DNA of 64,000 bases from Trichoplax adhaerens (taxonomy: Eukaryota > Animalia > Placozoa), in assembly GCF_000150275.1 (NCBI RefSeq), contig NW_002060946.1, positions 7,484,829-7,548,828 on the forward strand. Reading direction: 5' to 3'. A program made the translations under genes and the position numbers. The notes below the pieces were generated by a model. That model ran no database searches and was not told the origin of the DNA. It worked only from the letters and a program-made list of their open reading frames with translations. Positions 51,807-64,000 of the stretch are shown one piece after another. Numbering within the stretch: the stretch's first letter is position 1; each line of letters opens with the position of its first letter.

Positions 51807-53170
51807 ACCTTTTATTGATATTACCGAGATTGAGATCTGATTACGGATACAAAAACAGCATAAAGTTAAATTTAAGACCGCTAACAACAAGTAAAAGTAT
51901 TATTTAGACATAATATAATAACGTTCATTAAGCCAAACTTTTCCTAGTAACTACGATTTTCAAATAAAGCTGCATTTATGCGGTGATTTCGGCTGAACGT
52001 ACGGTAGTATGTGTTGAATATGCCAGGTTAATATGGAATTCTGTTGTACTGTGATATTAAAGAGTCAGTTACTTTAATCTTAATGAATCAATCGTACATG
52101 ATCATTGCGATGATGAAACGATGTACTTGCACATATTCGTACTACACATAAAAACCATAGCTGAAGTTACATAACGTTCTGTTTTTAAGTAATTTACCAA
52201 TATAATTCGTAGATCTAAGCAAAGCATCGTACAGAAGGGTTTGACTGTGCCCTGAACAGGTTATACTGAGTTGTTGTAGAATGTCACAAGATCAAAGAAG
52301 CGTTGACTATTTTTTAGCTATATTAGAGATTTACTCTTTTTTTTCTTAATAACTTAATTTTGAGTTCGTGAATTGTAAACTTATAAAATAGTCAGCCAAC
52401 ATGTTGTATTTAAAATTTTTAAGCGTAAAAATCTTGTAAAAATTGCTGGATATTTTATGAAATTTAGGTCTGACTAAACGTATACAGAAGTGCACAGTTT
52501 CACTTTATCGATTGAAAATCAATATTCTCTGGTAGACTTCAACTAACTTAGAAGTATCTTAGTGAGGGAGGAATGACTTTCTCACACAGTATTAACTACC
52601 TAATCCCTTTGAATTACTGGTACTTTTAAAAAATCTAATCTAATGATCAGCTCTAGCTGAGCTCGGACCAAAGTCTAGTATACTAGTAAAATAGGAACTG
52701 AGCGAAGGATCAATCGTTCGTCTTTCATACCTTCTCCAGATATTCATAGGGCATAGGAATAATGGGCTCCTAGTAAATTTTGTACATGTCAGTATGAAGA
52801 ATTTTCTCTAGGCAGTTAATATAGCTTGGTATAGGTTTGAGCTGTAAGCAATATTAGATTATTAACAGGGGAACGTATTTCTGTAACAAGATCATATTCT
52901 TAAATTGTTTTTTAGGAATCTAAATGCCCCATGAGATAGTATTTTTAAGATCATTCATCTATATGAGGTTGAAATTTATAATTTAGACTAATAGAAATCT
53001 CGGCTAAATTTGATTCACTATCACTAGCAACGCCAATTCGATTTCATAATGATCTCAGCTAATTACAATAGTACTATACGTGGCTAATAGTAATGGCAAA
53101 AGACTATTACACAGTTACTACAGATTTAAACTAGAAAATATATTCTTCGAACATTTTATGAATTATAATT

Positions 53171-53614
53171 ATGGCTTAAAATATTAATTAAAATATTGTT
53201 TCTGATATCACTTCGTACATAATTATTTATTAGCTTCGTTGATTTTTCTAACGCGCTGGAAAACAGATTGATTCTAGCCTTTATTTTTGATATCGAAGAA
53301 ATGGAAAGATCCAACCTATGCTTTCATTGGTAATCCAATTTTATCAGGTTGCATTACTTCATTCCAGATGCTTTGTGTATATTATTTCACACTACTTTAT
53401 TCCGAAAATATAAAATCATTTTAGCCAAAAGTGTGCAAAGCGTTATATCTCACGCCGAAAATGGCATCAAGCTGTCTGTCGCCCATCATCTAGGAGTTAG
53501 TAATGCTTAGTATCCTTCAACTTTAAATGATTGCGAGATTTACTACGGTTCATTCAAACAATACTGAAAGTTATGTAATCGCTTTAAGTAGACTCTAATT
53601 TTTATCTAGCTGAT
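53171..53614 (+). pseudogene. Decayed GPCR fragment, TM1-TM4 (6685 family)
   Basis: SKKWKDPTYAFIGN, versus SKKGKDPTYAFIGN in the 6685 gene; MLSILQL TM3 remnant; ends at the MITE. Confidence 0.75.
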
Positions 53615-53833
53615 TGTCACAAAACAACTTTCGTGATCGTACCTAAACTAGTCTATCTACTCTTATGCTTCCCCGACTAACTCCGGGGATCCTCATAAAC
53701 CTATCGTTTGACTCGATTCCAATAGGATAGGAATAAGTTAGTTTTCCCTTACTGATGATATCCGGAGTTAGTCGGGGAACCATAAGAGTAGATAGACTAG
53801 TTTAGGCACGATCACGAAAGTTGTTCTGTGACA
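53615..53833. mobile_element. Fold-back MITE-like element, 219 bp, ~72-bp terminal inverted repeats
   Basis: Left arm TGTCACAAAACAACTTTCGTGATCGTACCTAAACTAGTCTATCTACTCTTATGCTTCCCCGACTAACTCCGG pairs with the right arm with 3 mismatches. No TSD is visible. Confidence 0.85.
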
Positions 53834-55969
53834 CATTGTCTACCCGAAAATTTGTCAAATGGAACTATTACAACAATTTACTAATCTAAGAAATAGACAG
53901 TTGCAGTCGCAATCATCGAATCATGAACACTGTATTACATAACACTAAAGTTTTATGATTAATACCAAATTATAAATACTGTAGGTCGAAAGATTAGGGA
54001 TCTTCTCAATCTAATCTGACATTGCAGTGTTAATTAAAAACTCTAACAGCTTATGAATTGTTTACTACATAATCTCATCGACCATACCACCTAGTGACGA
54101 TTTTACCTCGTTCGTAAAGCCTTTTGTTCATTGAATATCCATAAGGCGAATTTTTTTCTTACTGACATCGCTAAATCACTTTTTACTATCATCGATCTAA
54201 TAAATGACATAATTTATTTGTTTTTAGGAATCTAAATAAACCATCAAATCGTATTTATACAGATGTTGAATAAGTATTGATTTATTAAGAAGTGTAGTTA
54301 CGATTACTAATTAACTTATCAAGTATTAAATGTCAGTGAGGAAGAATATGATCAACGTTTATGTTGCTAGGTAATATTGCACTAATTAAGTTGAGAGAGC
54401 GCACGTAGCATATTTAAAATATATTCAATTAGTAATTCTAACCCATTAAGCAATTTTACCTTAATCTAAACTTATTTTTGAAGGAACCGAATATTTATAC
54501 AAAATGAAGCTTATAAATAATCTCTTAAGACGATCTTTTAATGGCTGTAGTTAATTAAGTATGGTATAATATTTATGTGACTTGGGTGTATTGTGATTGA
54601 AAAGATGCTTAACCGTTTACGATATTGGAAATTAGTAGAAGAGCAAGGATATTTTAAGTAGATTGATTCGTTCGATAAAATTTCTTGATTGTCTATTTGA
54701 AGAGAAGTGTTCTATTTGATGACTCAAGTCTTACTGTAGACAAATTTGTTGCCGTAAATCGATTAAACTATGTTTACTCAATTAAGAACTACAAATACAA
54801 GGTTGGAATATACTTCGCTCTTCCGGACTGAGGATACTCTAAATTAAATAGTTTTTACTTATAAACTATCGCTCTTGTATTCTTAAAACTCTGCGATAAA
54901 GCCTTCATGAGATACTATCTACTTTGAGACAAATATGCTGTGAGAATTAGATTCAGATTAGATAGAATAGTTATGAAACACTTTTATTACTATCACTATT
55001 CGCATCTCACATATGTTTTTGTTACACGAATGAAAAGTAATTTTTGAAGTAATAAATCTTTCATTTCATCAATGCATTCAATTTGTCGAAGCCTAAGTGA
55101 CTAAAGTCCAATTATAAAAGGCCCAAAATACGAACTGTCGAATACATATCGCAAGCTTTATATTATTGCATTGAGTCATTTATTAATATCGTTCATTTAT
55201 ATACTTGACGAATACATTTAAATTTAAACAATATTGAAAAGAAATATAGAACTGATAGATAAACATAGTTTTATTAAGCTTTTTATATTTGCTAGCTGAT
55301 GCTGTGATTAAATAATAAGCTTAATTTTAATATGTTTACGCATCGAATAAAGTTACATTACTTAACATTAACGGTGTTATGTAATAAACAACTAAATATA
55401 ACAAAGCTTAAAATCTTTCTTAGTAAAAGGAGTGCAGAATGTATTTACTAATAGCAGCCTATTTGTAAGAAACTACTAGTAAACCCTTAAAATAATACTG
55501 GCAAAGGTTTAGAGATTATTAAAAATTTCTTACGAATTCTGCATATTACATTCAGTTGCGTTACAATCTCATATACTCCTCAAATTAGACTCTGTAACGA
55601 ATGAACTCTGACTATTTTATGATATTGTATTTTCACATATTAGTAAAATATAGTGGCAGTAAAATTTAATATCATTCTAATTCATTATCATAAAGATTGG
55701 AATAAGAAATTCACTGATTATAACTAGGATCTTCCTCTCCAATTATATGTTTGATTGTAGACTCTAGACCAGGAAAATGAAATGATGCCTACGACATTAC
55801 TGAGAATTCCAAATTTAGGCTTGTACCAGATAGACAAGTTTGTTAATTTGAAGACACTTTTAAGAAAACATCATCAGTTTTATAACATGCTTTACATTCT
55901 TTATATATATAACAAACATGAAGGAGGTGATACCCATAGTATTATTAAGTGTTCTAAATTCATGCTAAT

Positions 55970-58877
55970 GTAAGATTGACATGTTTGTTAACTTGTGGAC
56001 ATATAGCTGAACATGTTCAGTTTTCATATAGATTTGATAACCTAGAATAAGTTGTATATCTGAAAGGCAATTGTATTATATCAATAACGCAATATCATGT
56101 AGAAATAATACCATAACTCAAGCAGATACGCTAATGTTTACTGCATAATGTTACTACCAATGTGATAGCGAATCCAATGATTACTGCTTTAATGCTTGTA
56201 TGAAAATGGATTGGAACTGTAATGGAAAAACAATAGTTGCCATTGTAATTCATAACAAGTTATTAAATAAAAGTAGTTAACTTGTCGGGATCGAATGATG
56301 AAATTAATTTTGGAAATTAACGTTACCCACAAATAAACTTACAATTAACTTCTACATTGCCAACTAGATTCCCATTTTCTGGCGTTTGCTTTGTAATATT
56401 ACCTACGTTATTTCCATTATGAATAATCTAAAAAATTAAAGAATATTAGGCTATCGTATCGAGTACGTTTTTATATATACAATAAAGTCTGTTCTTAGTA
56501 TAAATTAATTTTCATTACAACGTAGCATTAATTCCGTCATGTATGATCAATAGTTAATCATTTACTCTGCAAAATTCTATTTATACTTTACTTCGATTGT
56601 ACCCTAGAAATACACTAAGATAGAAGTAAGTAATTCCTATCACTCTTTCGTATTTATAAATCTGACTCTCTTACTATTCTTCCTATATTATAAAATTAAT
56701 TCTTAAGCATCTATCTCGTTAATTGTGCTACTTACGCTACAAGCTTGCAACCCTTATCTATTTCTTATTGCTATTGCTATTCGACTAGATTACATCTTTT
56801 ATCTGTTGCGTATTATTAAGCGATTTTTTTCCAACACTAGCTGCAATAAAGACTATTGTTTTACTTCTTTATCCGTCGTTATTTATTTCTGATACGTCTA
56901 CTCGCAATATTCTAAAATATTACATGTAGTTTAAAATCTAAAAAGGTTCTCTTAATAATTTATTGTTCATCTGTTACATTGCTTTTGAATCTAGATTGAT
57001 CGTCTTACAATACCATACTAAGTCAAAAATTTCCTACTTACTTCTTTAAGCAATTCTGTATTAATTTGACTACAACATCAATAAATTTATTTATAACGCA
57101 TAGAAATGATGTTAGAATTTAGCATAATTTAAGTTAAATATTGCTACACACACTATAGGCAATTCCAGAAAACAAAGTTCCGTCATAGCACGAACGACCG
57201 ACACCTATAAGCTTTACTCTTACGCCGTTGTGGATAAAAGCTATATGTTTCGGTCCTAATATCGATATTCTTTATTCATGTACACCATTATTCGGCACAT
57301 TAAATAAAATGCAGATCAGAAGAATAGAAATTATTGCTTGTATACATATGTTACAGTAAATCTCAAAAATACCTTAAAAAAAATTATTTGTAGTAACTGA
57401 TCTGCAACATGCTGAATATGCTTTCAAATATTTAACAGATATGAATAAGACCCACTAATTTTCCAATTAATTATATATTGAATTTCAGTGCATTTTATTT
57501 ATTTATCTGCAAATGCTACGGATATTCGTTCAACTTACTGTGAAAGGCCACCAATTATATTCTCAGGTGGGCTAATTATATTTAGATTGTAGAAATTGGT
57601 TGCAAAACATAAATTATCGGATGTAGTACGAGATATGCGAAGAACTTTAGTTTGATAGCAGTCATAGAGATCGATGGCGATGCAATCATATCCAGAATAT
57701 CTGATTAAACTTGCTGAAATATCTACAAACGAAAGTAATTATAAGAGTTATTCGATGTATAATTTAACTAAAACTTGAATTATTAAAAAAGTCATTAAAT
57801 TTAATTAACTTCATGGCCACCTAATTATTTGTTTTAGCCGACATTGTAAAATTAATAGAAAAGCCAAAATCGCCTTACATTATGTAGACTTCTTACCCTC
57901 AATGCCTTTAAATATCATTTGTCCGTCTTTATTTTTGATGTCGTATTTACTTTGAATAGTAGCTGATAATACTAAGACATAATAATAGAATTAAACAATT
58001 TATCTACTTAAAAACTAAATGGGGAATTAGATTAAACGATATAAATCTTTTCTTTGTGAAGGTCATACGGATATGTTGTTCTCTTAATAAGACATGGAAA
58101 GTGCCAAGCTTCAATTACACTACAATTACATTAAATACTGCAAGCTCTCGAAAAATTTTTCTACCATAATTCAGATAAATAATTATAATGTAATTTTGAA
58201 TATATCAACCAGTTATCGAGACAGAAATACGGTAGTATAACTTATATCTTTCGGAATATTGACATACCAGTGATAATCCTTTGAATGATGATCATATATT
58301 TGACTAATTATAGAATCTTTAAAATTATTGAAGAAATGCATTAACTTTAGCTACTGAATCTACGAAATGACCGGCATAAATAATTATGGCATGCTATCCA
58401 GGGGATCTAGCGTTTCGTTAGGAATTTATTTCAGCTTAAATTGTAATACCTACATTCAAGTTTGTCAATTATAGGATGAATTAGAACTTGATCAAGCTGT
58501 GATAGACATTCTAAGCCAGGGGTACAAGACGCAGATGTAGCTACTTCAGAAAATTTAGGCATCCATATGATTGATTCTGAATAGTCCAAACAAGAAACAC
58601 CCTTAATGGAAACATTAAAATTTACCATGGGTTGCTGAGTAATTGGGGAAAAATCAAGTATCGTTTCTGATGATTGCTTTAAGGTTTTCTCTGTTATAGA
58701 TTGAAATTTAATTTCAGTAGATTTATCGGTTGAATGATTTGTATTTGCTGAATTTGCTTTAGAAGTTTTCTCGGATGAGCCATTAAGATGGCTAGACTTT
58801 GGAATTTCTTCATTTAGTTGAGTTAAATGATTAATAGACCTATTTCTATCTAATTTTTGAACTTTATTCTCTTCCAT
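55970..58877 (-). CDS. Second phospholipid scramblase (PLSCR family); last exon uncertain
   Basis: GT-AG exons 58877-58454, 57971-57897, 57722-57539, 57269-57152, 56427-56343 and 56216-56158 have the same intron phases as gene 1. Motifs: CTPGLECLSQLDQVLIH, KYDIKNKDGQMIFKGIE, PPENIIG, FPIHFHTSIKAVIIG. Confidence 0.82.
56520..56924 (-). mobile_element. Degenerate relative of element C in scramblase-2 intron 4
   Basis: Reverse strand shares CTAGTCGAATAGC, GCAAGCTT and TAACGAGATAG blocks with 5200-5300. Boundaries are approximate. Confidence 0.5.
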
Positions 58878-61800
58878 TTATTTGCAATAGTTTCTACCAA
58901 AATGTCACTAAAATGTGATTATAATCTGATATTAAATTTTGACATAGCAAATATCGCTAAATAAGAAGAAAAGTTACATAATGAAAGCTTTGAACCTTTG
59001 CTAATAGGTCCTTAATTTTGCTGCGTTGCTGGTAATATCCGAAAGTTTGTCCTGAAATTTTTTTTGTCGATAGAGTAATCTTTCCGATAATAATCTGAAT
59101 AGCCGTCAAATTTTTGACCTCAAAAATTCTAAATTTTAATCCCATTGTAAAATTTTAAGCTATCTCTTTAACATAGCACACTATAAATTGACGTCATACC
59201 ATACTAAAAATCTAGGATTAATAATTAATTTATGAAGAAAGTATTCAGCCTACGCTTATATTTGTAAGTAAGAAATGGTCTACCAAGTTGTGTCAATAAT
59301 ATAGGAAATCAATAAAAGTATTTGAATGAATTGACAAACAATTAATTTTTGACAGCAGTAAATATTTTTGTTATGAAATGTTTCAGAAAACATGGCAATA
59401 GCTTCAATTCCTTACTAATATTAAGTTACCATCACATTATTCAATCAATTAGGCCAGTGCAAAGCGGTATCTGGGACAACTTCAGAGAGAAACCAATCTT
59501 ACGGTCGGGAATACCTGACCCATTTTGGTGCTAGGCTATAACTATACAGCTACTTACTAACAAACTCTAAGATCTACGGTAAAAACATTAATAAACGTAT
59601 ATAATTGAATAAGTTTGTAGTGGCTATAATCACCTTATGCTCGAGTACTGGTTTTGTTATGCGATTTGCAATAATATAGCAAGCGAAACTGAAGACTCAA
59701 ATTGAGTAGCTGAATGTTTTATACTTTACGTAATTATAAACTAAAAAGTATAAGTACATACAGCACGCAAAGTATAGCAAACGTATGTTTTATGACTCAG
59801 CTTCTTTTCTATAGAGGGAAGCTGAAATTGAGTTGAGCTTACAACAAAAAGTTCGTCCTTTTCTTTGACGAAGAGTAAATTGATTTCTATTCTCCTTTTA
59901 CGTTATAAATTACTCCTTCCGCCCTAGCTTACTCCCCCTCCACCTTTTATATGCCTTAACATTTATATGAGTATACGTAATTTGTCTTATCTAACATTGC
60001 GATGACATTCTTGAGATACCATTGTTTCAGTAAAAATTCAGTTAACTTATGAACATATTTGAACCGCAAAACGTCAAGTTATCATTTCCCAGTACAGCGA
60101 TACAAGATTACATTAACATACTATACATAATTGAGGATATAAATCCTTAAGAACAATATTATCTAGCGATGCTAGTCTAGCAGTCGCGACAGCATGGGTT
60201 CAACTTTACTTGTATATAAGAAGATCCAAACTAGTGTATGTGATATGTGCAGTTCAGTAAGTAAGGACAGTCGAATAATTAGAAGAGTTTTTTATAACAG
60301 CAATCAGAGAAAGAATCCATAGTTTAATTCTAGTGATGCGTTGCATACGTAATTATAATGACAGCTATATTTGATATAGTTAAGTTACAGAGAATATATA
60401 TTATCGTGTTGCTAATATCAAATGATTGCTAACTAATATAAAATTTAAATCGTTGATTACTAATATTAGCTAATTGAAGAATTCTAGTATAAGATTTATG
60501 TAACTTAATATACTGTAATTGTGAAGATGCCCGACACCGAAAACTGCAGGACATTAATAGAAGAGGAGTAACATTTTAAGTTGAATGATTCAGACTGTAG
60601 AAGATAATGATGATCTATTTGAGGAAAAGAATTCTGTTTGTTGACTCAAATTCGATTGCAGCTAATTATGTGGTAATAGATGGCTTCAACGAAATGTATT
60701 TGAGAACTGCGAAGATGAGCTCACATTAGAGATTTCACTTCATTTTGAACTCGGAATACTTTAGACCAGATTCTAGCATTAATTAATTATTGCTCTACCA
60801 TTCTTAAGCTTCGTAATAAAGCCTTTAGAATTTTATTCGATGAAGACAATTATGTCTGAGATACTCTTTAATACAGTCATAAATAAGTATTAAAATATAG
60901 AATAGTAGCTAGCGTTAACAGTATTGTGATATAGTGCCGTATTAGTGCATAGTATAACATACAGCATTACATATATTTACCAACGTAAGGAGTAAAATAG
61001 TCAATACGTAATAGTGTACGCCAACAACTGACAAATGTGCAACATTTAAGTTTAATATTTCACTAGCTATAAATGTAAGTTGTTGTCTCTATTTATGTCT
61101 CAACTATTTATTGTATATTACTGATATTTCTCCATGCAGCTAAACGGTGTTTTAAAATTATTTTAAAATAAGAAAATCAAAATTTACTGTATATTGAGTT
61201 TTCTGAAAATGCTCTACAGTTTTCTTAACTTCATTGAAGCAATATTTATAAAGAGCGACGAATACTAATTTCAGGAAATGTACGTCTCTATGCTAATATA
61301 TGCATATATGCAATTCGATATTAGCGTTAGCTAATATTTAAAAATCAGCAGGAGGATGAAAATTGGCATTTAATTTTATCAACGATAGATGCTTTGTAGC
61401 AAAAGCACTCAGCAGTGAAACTATGATAACTGTTTTCTTATAAATTCTTTTATATGAAATCTTATTTCGCCAACAAAAGTCTATACTTTTGTTGCAAGCT
61501 ATTATCATATAAGCACAAAGAAATTACGTTTTAATTGTCTAAAGACATGCTATTACATTATGGAAAATTAAAGCATTAGTATAAATGCTAAATTGGGTAG
61601 CATTGCGTGTTGAATTATAAAAATCGTCATTTTAATATAAAAGCGAACAGTGCCGTAAAGTACATTTTATTCAAGATTTAAATTTTACTTCTTATCAGTT
61701 GGCAACTTATCTGTGTAGTCGAGAGTTAGTCCAACCACGATAAGTCGCGTAAGTCAGTTGGGAACACGAGTAGTCGTGATAATAGTCTTTAAGACCCGTT

Positions 61801-61884
61801 CGAAAAGCCAAATTCGTAACATTCTTATACTAAAGTTTTATGATTGATATCAAATTATAAATACTGTAAGTCCAAAAATTTAGA

Positions 61885-62216
61885 TATCTATGTTCGCAAA
61901 TACTGCTGTCTTCATTAGGTAGCGATAGATAAAATTAGCTTTTGATTCATTGCAAGGTTTCAACCTTAATATTACTAACTAGGATGTCTACATTATTGTA
62001 TAAGAGTATATACATGCAGTATACCGTATAATAAAGGAAGTTTTTTAAGATTAGTGTTTAACGTAAAAAACGAGGCATGTAAGTCTTTATGTACAGTAGT
62101 ATACTAGTATAGGAAAATGTCCCTAATACAGTAGATATTGCTCCTTGTTACATGATTGAAGGGATTGATGTATTGATCGTACACTACTTTATCTTGTTGC
62201 ACAGTTTTTTGCCACA
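61885..62216 (+). mobile_element. Partial family-A solo-LTR-like copy
   Basis: Collinear with 51480-51806 (GATAAAATTAGCTTTTGATTCATT, ACTAACTAGGATGTCT, TTATCTTGTTGCA). Confidence 0.75.
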
Positions 62217-63715
62217 GTAGTGTACAATCACTTGTAATTTAGAGCATTGTGATCAGTATAAATTTAAATAAATTCAATTTTAATATATGTTCTGAAATAT
62301 ACACAAACACATAGATGTCACACACAAAGTCTTTTTATGTAGTATGGATTAACACGTTCACTGCCGCTGAAATTAGCTTTATTGCAACTTCATATTTGAA
62401 GTAAAAAAATTAAAACTGCCTTTAATAACTTAAAACTGTGATTTACTTGTCAGATTTGTCATACTTTACATATATTCACTTGACGACCATAATTACTGAC
62501 GATTTACCTATCATCAAATTTTGTTGATTAATTAGTATCTCATAATCGAGACTAAACTTTATTAAATGGTATTGGAAGTTGACAAATTATAAAACAGCTA
62601 CACTAATATTATTTGCCGTTATACAGTAAATGTTGCAGCACCATGCACTTACCCATTACATAAAGCTACGTCTAATGTTATAGATAAAACATTATTAATA
62701 ACAAATACCGAAATTTTATTACAGTATCTAACAAAAATTAAATAACTATTTGTCCTTGAGCTCTTTTCGCCACAAAATTGAATAAAAATTGTGTTAAAAT
62801 ACCGATATATATTGCTGTAATCTTTGAATACAGTCTAGAATTTGCAACTATTACTCTCACTCAGCAGACCGCAATACAAGAAAGTAAGACACTGTCTTAC
62901 TTTGCAATATTATTTACGTTTAATAGTATCTTTCAGGTATTTCAGTAGCACTACTTCGTATATGTAGCAGCACTAGGTTGATATAATGTTACTTGATTTA
63001 TTTAAAATGGTGCTAGATTATTCATCATTAAGGGCGGGTTCGCCATAGATTAATTAGCTACATACGGTGGATTGTAGGCAAGCGCTTGTTGAATAATCGG
63101 AAGGGAACGAGGAGGAGGAAGATTATAATTATTATCAGTTGGCACAGGCTCTTTGGCATCTTGACCAGTGGCTTGTATGAAGAATACTTCTAGCTGTACG
63201 TGTCTATCTTCACTTCTCCAATTGCAGATATTAATTAATGCTGATTTTAGATTCGACTTTTTGATTTGAACAAGCAATCAAATACACAATAAAAAAACAG
63301 TACATATCAAATCGCTCGGTTGAAAGCTACTCGTCTTTAGCGATATTGGAACCCTAAATTGGCTCTTAAAGTTTTTCAGGGATTTAAATTTAGCTAAAAT
63401 TACACTTAAGCAGACCCTTACAACCTTGAGTAATTGGCACTTGATGTTTCAATTTTATTTTACTTTTGCTGCCGTATTGAATTATAACATTACAATTGTA
63501 ATAACAACAATAATAATATCAATAACAGGCAGTAAAGTCAATACATTAAACGAAATGTATTTAAGAAGTGCCGAGATGAGAGTATACTAAACTTCGTATG
63601 TTTTAGCTCGGGAAACTATAGATTATATAGGATTAGAAATTTACTTCTCTGGGCAATGTCATACTATATCCTGCGTTATTATATTAGTACTATACTTTGT
63701 GCCGTCGGTCTACAT

Positions 63716-63927
63716 NNNNNNNNNNNNNNNNNNNNNNNNNNNNNNNNNNNNNNNNNNNNNNNNNNNNNNNNNNNNNNNNNNNNNNNNNNNNNNNNNNNNN
63801 NNNNNNNNNNNNNNNNNNNNNNNNNNNNNNNNNNNNNNNNNNNNNNNNNNNNNNNNNNNNNNNNNNNNNNNNNNNNNNNNNNNNNNNNNNNNNNNNNNNN
63901 NNNNNNNNNNNNNNNNNNNNNNNNNNN
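63716..63927. other. Assembly gap (212 N)
   Basis: Run of N. Confidence 1.
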
Positions 63928-64000
63928 TGCGTCGTCAAAATATCAATCGGCATTCTATAACGGCTCCATTAATCTGTACTCTCAGGGATGCTCATCAGTG

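Noticed and set aside
59449-59534. Relatively GC-rich exon-like stretch (PVQSGIWDNFREKPILRSGIPDPFWC)
   Set aside because: No recognisable homology or partner exons.
63690-63960. ORFs spanning Ns
   Set aside because: Artefacts of the assembly gap.

Overview
AT-rich eukaryotic (animal) scaffold. The intronless orphan rhodopsin-class GPCR arrays, short GT-AG introns and low GC resemble a placozoan such as Trichoplax; this is an inference and was not verified. The window is a birth-and-death cluster. It holds five intact single-exon class A GPCR genes (6685, 9529, 19760, 25446, 39871), one copy cut by an assembly gap, and at least eight GPCR pseudogenes or fragments, linked by direct and inverted segmental duplications. 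Two spliced phospholipid-scramblase (PLSCR-family) genes can be reconstructed exon by exon: 34012-36731 (+), 409 aa, ending in an unusual poly-His tail, and 58877 to about 55970 (-). A truncated scramblase exon-1 copy lies at 24504. The non-coding DNA is not featureless. It carries (i) a diverse set of 435-640 bp TGT...ACA elements with 5-bp target-site duplications (TSDs) and TATA/AATAAA signals (solo-LTR-like; several confirmed by empty paralogous sites, one triply nested); (ii) a 219-bp fold-back MITE built from one end of such an element; (iii) a TACAG/CTGTA array that looks like piled-up Tc1/mariner excision footprints; and (iv) pervasive decayed LRR and LRR-GPCR-like coding sequence. No prokaryotic features, CRISPR arrays, rRNA or tRNA genes were recognised.
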